Source: an uncultured Gammaproteobacteria bacterium
GTDB taxonomy: Bacteria > Pseudomonadota > Gammaproteobacteria > UBA9214
DNA length: 64,000 nt
Reading direction: 5' to 3'
Assembly: GCA_963701505.1 (NCBI GenBank)
Contig: CAVOZZ010000004.1
Span: forward strand, 160,472 to 224,471
In this document: positions 61,337 through 64,000 of the stretch, piece after piece
Position numbering within the stretch: position 1 is the stretch's first letter
Layout: every line of letters begins with the position of its first letter
Made by a program: the position numbers and the translations under genes
Notes under the pieces: generated by a model
What the model saw: only the letters and a program-made list of their open reading frames with translations
Database searches by the model: none
What the model was told of the DNA's origin: nothing

Positions 61337-62374
61337 TTAGCGGAAAGTTTCCTTGATGGCGGCCTTCGCACGTGCATCCTGTTTTGTAATAAGCCCCTTG
61401 GACAAAAGATCCTGCAGATACTGATCCAGCGTAGTCATACCGACCGCATTACCGGTCTGGATCGCCGAATACATTTGCGCCACCTTGTCCTCGCGTATGA
61501 GATTGCGAATTGCCGGTGTACCTATCATGATTTCCCAGGCTGCAATACGGCCACCCCCGACCTTTTTCATCAGGGTCTGGGCGATCACGGCACGCAATGA
61601 CTCGGAAAGCATGGAGCGCACCATGGTTTTCTCTGCAGCCGGGAATACATCGATGACACGGTCAATGGTTTTCGCTGCCGAGGTGGTGTGCAGGGTACCG
61701 AATACCAGGTGACCGGTCTCGGCGGCCGTCAATGCCAGGCGAATGGTTTCAAGGTCACGCATCTCGCCCACCAGGATGATATCCGGGTCCTCACGCAGAG
61801 CCGAGCGCAGGGCCTCATTAAAACCAAGGGTATCCCGGTGAACCTCACGCTGGTTGAGCAGACACTTTTTGCTTTGATGCACAAATTCGATCGGGTCTTC
61901 AATGGTCAGGATATGTGCATATTGCATGCTATTTATATAATCAATCATTGCCGCCAGCGTGGTGGACTTGCCGGAACCGGTCGGCCCGGTCACCAGCACC
62001 AGGCCACGAGGCGTATCGGCAATGTCTTTGAAAATTCCCGGGGTTCCCAGGTCTTCAAGGCTCAGGATTTCAGAAGGAATGGTACGAAAAACTGCACCGG
62101 CACCACGATTGTGGTTAAACGCATTGACACGGAAACGTGCAAGGTCTGGTATTTCAAATGAAAAGTCGGTTTCCAGGAACTCTTCATAATCCTTGCGTTG
62201 CTTGTCATTCATGATGTCGTAGACAAGCCCGTGGACCGTTTTATGATCCAGTGCGGGAACGTTGACCTTGCGCATGTCACCGTCTACCCGAATCATCGGC
62301 GGTAGCCCGGCAGACAGGTGTAAATCAGATGCTCCGTTTTTAACACTAAAGGTCAGTAACTCAGCTATATCCAT
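61337..62374 (-). CDS. pilT: Type IV pilus twitching-motility ATPase PilT
   Basis: 'MDIAELLTFSVKNGASDLHLSAGLPPMIRVDGDMRK', 'ARFRVNAFNHNRGAGAVFRTIPS', Walker A 'GPTGSGKST', 'ILTIEDPIEF' and 'AIRNLIRE' are present. Confidence 0.95.
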   Translation of the reverse strand: MDIAELLTFSVKNGASDLHLSAGLPPMIRVDGDMRKVNVPALDHKTVHGLVYDIMNDKQRKDYEEFLETDFSFEIPDLARFRVNAFNHNRGAGAVFRTIPSEILSLEDLGTPGIFKDIADTPRGLVLVTGPTGSGKSTTLAAMIDYINSMQYAHILTIEDPIEFVHQSKKCLLNQREVHRDTLGFNEALRSALREDPDIILVGEMRDLETIRLALTAAETGHLVFGTLHTTSAAKTIDRVIDVFPAAEKTMVRSMLSESLRAVIAQTLMKKVGGGRIAAWEIMIGTPAIRNLIREDKVAQMYSAIQTGNAVGMTTLDQYLQDLLSKGLITKQDARAKAAIKETFR

Positions 62375-62727
62375 GCCAACTCCCATGCATAAATTTCACG
62401 TCACCCTGATATCGACAATGACTACCGGATACTTGAAAATGCGTTCTATATCGGCAACTTGCCATCCACAAGAAATTCAAGCAGGCAGTACCGGCAGGGA
62501 ACGCGCAACAGGGGCCGCCTTTAGCCAACAAGTCATCAACAAGCGAAGTATGCCTCATTACGACCCTGTGGCAAGTTTACAACCCTGTAAACCGCAGTTA
62601 ATCAGTAACATAAACTATGCCTGCCAGAAGCAGTGAAGGTAGTGATTACGGTGTCGCAAAACAGTCGTCCGGCTTTCCTTCCGGGACCGCTTGTCGCACG
62701 CCGGTTTCATCCTGTATCGTCCATTGC

Positions 62728-63559
62728 ATGAATAATACGACCCTGAGTTTTATTGGTGGAGGCAACATGGCAGGCAGCCTGATTGGAGGCCTGATTGCTG
62801 ACGGCTGGGATCCTGCCAGTATCCGGGTTTCCGATACGGACACCCGGCAACTGGAACGACTCTCACATCGCTTCCCGATCACAACGACGACAGACAATAA
62901 TCGGGCTGTAGAAGGTGCCGATGTGATTGTTCTGGCAGTGAAACCGCAAGTTATGGAAGGCGTTGCACAGGCGCTTGCTGCCAGTATCTCAAAAGGGCAA
63001 CCCCTGGTGATCTCGATCGCGGCGGGCATTACTGAGTCCACACTGCGCCAGTGGCTGGGTGAAGAAACCGCCATCGTGCGCAGTATGCCAAACACCCCTG
63101 CCATGGTGCGGAGCGGTGCAACAGGGATGTACGCAAACCCGTATGTGAAAGATGATCAACGCAGCGTTGCAGAATCCATCTTGCGCGCTGTCGGTATCGT
63201 CATCTGGGTGGATGACGAAACCATGATGGATGCAGTAACGGCACTTTCAGGCAGCGGTCCTGCCTATATCTTCCTGTTTATAGAGGCATTACAGGCTGCC
63301 GGACAGGAACTGGGCCTTCCCAGTGAAACGGCGTACCTGTCTGGCACTGCAAACTGCCTTTGGTGCAGCAAAGATGGCTCTGGAGAGCGAGGAAGATGCC
63401 ACTATGCTGCGACAACGGGTCACCTCACCCGGCGGCACCACGGAACGCGCCATCAACATCTTGCGCGAGGGCGGTTTTAACGAAATCGTCAGCAAGGCAC
63501 TGCACGCCGCTGCGGAACGTTCTCGCGAACTGGCAAAAGAATTCGGGGACAAGAAATGA
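62728..63559 (+). pseudogene. proC: Pyrroline-5-carboxylate reductase, one frame break
   Basis: 'LSFIGGGNMAGSLIGGL', 'VIVLAVKPQVM' and 'SMPNTPAMV' are in ORF 62617-63480. The C-terminus 'LALQTAFGAAKMALES...RQRVTSPGGTTERAI' is in ORF 63323-63559. The switch is at about 63340. ATG at 62728. Confidence 0.88.
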
Positions 63560-64000
63560 ACTCCGGTTATTTGGCGAATCCGTTGGAATTTCTGGTTAGT
63601 ACCCTCTTCAGTCTCTACATACTCGCAGTCATGCTGCGCTTCCTGCTGGGTGCGGTACGTGCCGATTTCTACAACCCGGTTAGCCAGTTCCTGGTGCGTA
63701 TTACCAATCCCCTGCTGTGCCGATGCGCAAGATCATCCCCAGTCTCGGAAAGTATGACACCTCGGCCGTGCTGTTAATGCTACTGCTGCAACTGATCTCA
63801 CTCAGCCTTATTGTCATGTTACGCGGCATCAGCGTGTCTGTCGTAGCCCTGCTGCATTGCAGCCGTTGGTGAACTCCTGATACTGGTAATCAATGTATTC
63901 ATGTTCTCCATCATCATCCAGGTCATCCTCAGCTGGATCAGTCCGGGCACCTATAATCCCGTGACTGCGTTGCTCTACAGCATAACCAGCCCGCTAATGC
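63556..64000 (+). pseudogene. yggT: YggT family membrane protein, at least 2 frame breaks, truncated by window end
   Basis: 'LFSLYILAVMLRFLLGAVRADFYNPVSQFLVRITNPLL' is followed in another frame by 'PMRKIIPSLGKYDTSAVLLMLLLQL', and in yet another by 'AAVGELLILVINVFMFSIIIQVILSWISPGTYNPV'. The switches are at about 63718 and about 63858. Confidence 0.75.

Overview
This looks like a core-chromosome window from a gammaproteobacterium. From memory, gene content and order parallel the Pseudomonas aeruginosa PAO1 backbone around PA0392-PA0432 and PA0546-PA0555. Left to right:
- a FixL/FixJ-type two-component pair plus a small PilZ-like ORF
- a minus-strand string: thioredoxin, secreted hypothetical, Cache-HAMP-GAF-HD-GYP protein, ABC ATPase, ABC exporter permease
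- DAHP synthase, then LemA-TPM-TPM
- NhaP-type antiporter and L-serine dehydratase
- SPFH-NfeD
- a cNMP-binding/rhodanese protein and a lipoprotein
- DjlA, a secreted MBL-fold hydrolase, the SrkA kinase and a DUF1304 protein
- a PAS-GGDEF-EAL protein
- the tkt-gap-pgk-pykA-fba cluster and a redoxin
- metK-ahcY-metF and rsmE
- the type IV pilus chemosensory cluster pilG-pilH-pilI-pilJ-chpA plus a chpC-like CheW
- gshB
- apbE and a NusG_II protein, then a 3-gene islet, then a Gx-transporter family protein
- tonB, then yqgE-ruvX-pyrR-pyrB-pyrC'
- a PyrK-like flavoprotein
- pilU-pilT, then proC-yggT

I recognised no rRNA, tRNA, CRISPR array, transposase, integrase or phage gene.

The dominant anomaly is a patchy distribution of frame-breaking single-nucleotide indels. 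By hand count there are roughly 25-30 events between about 11.0 and 32.8 kb, hitting even gap, pgk, tkt and pykA. There are a few more at about 1.8 kb, 57.0-58.2 kb and 63.3-63.9 kb. I saw none in 2.05-11.0 kb or 34.2-57.0 kb, even though those stretches contain a 1952-codon ORF. This most likely reflects heterogeneous assembly or consensus quality rather than biology.

I did not find a convincing undescribed multi-gene system. The best biological leads are:
- the thioredoxin / hypothetical / HD-GYP / ABC-exporter gene string
- the ApbE / NusG_II / Gx-transporter module, which sits between gshB and tonB and is split by a secreted-rhodanese islet
- an orphan PyrK-like gene next to pyrB-pyrC'
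- a few structured non-coding elements

All family calls come from motif recognition by eye. No searches were run.
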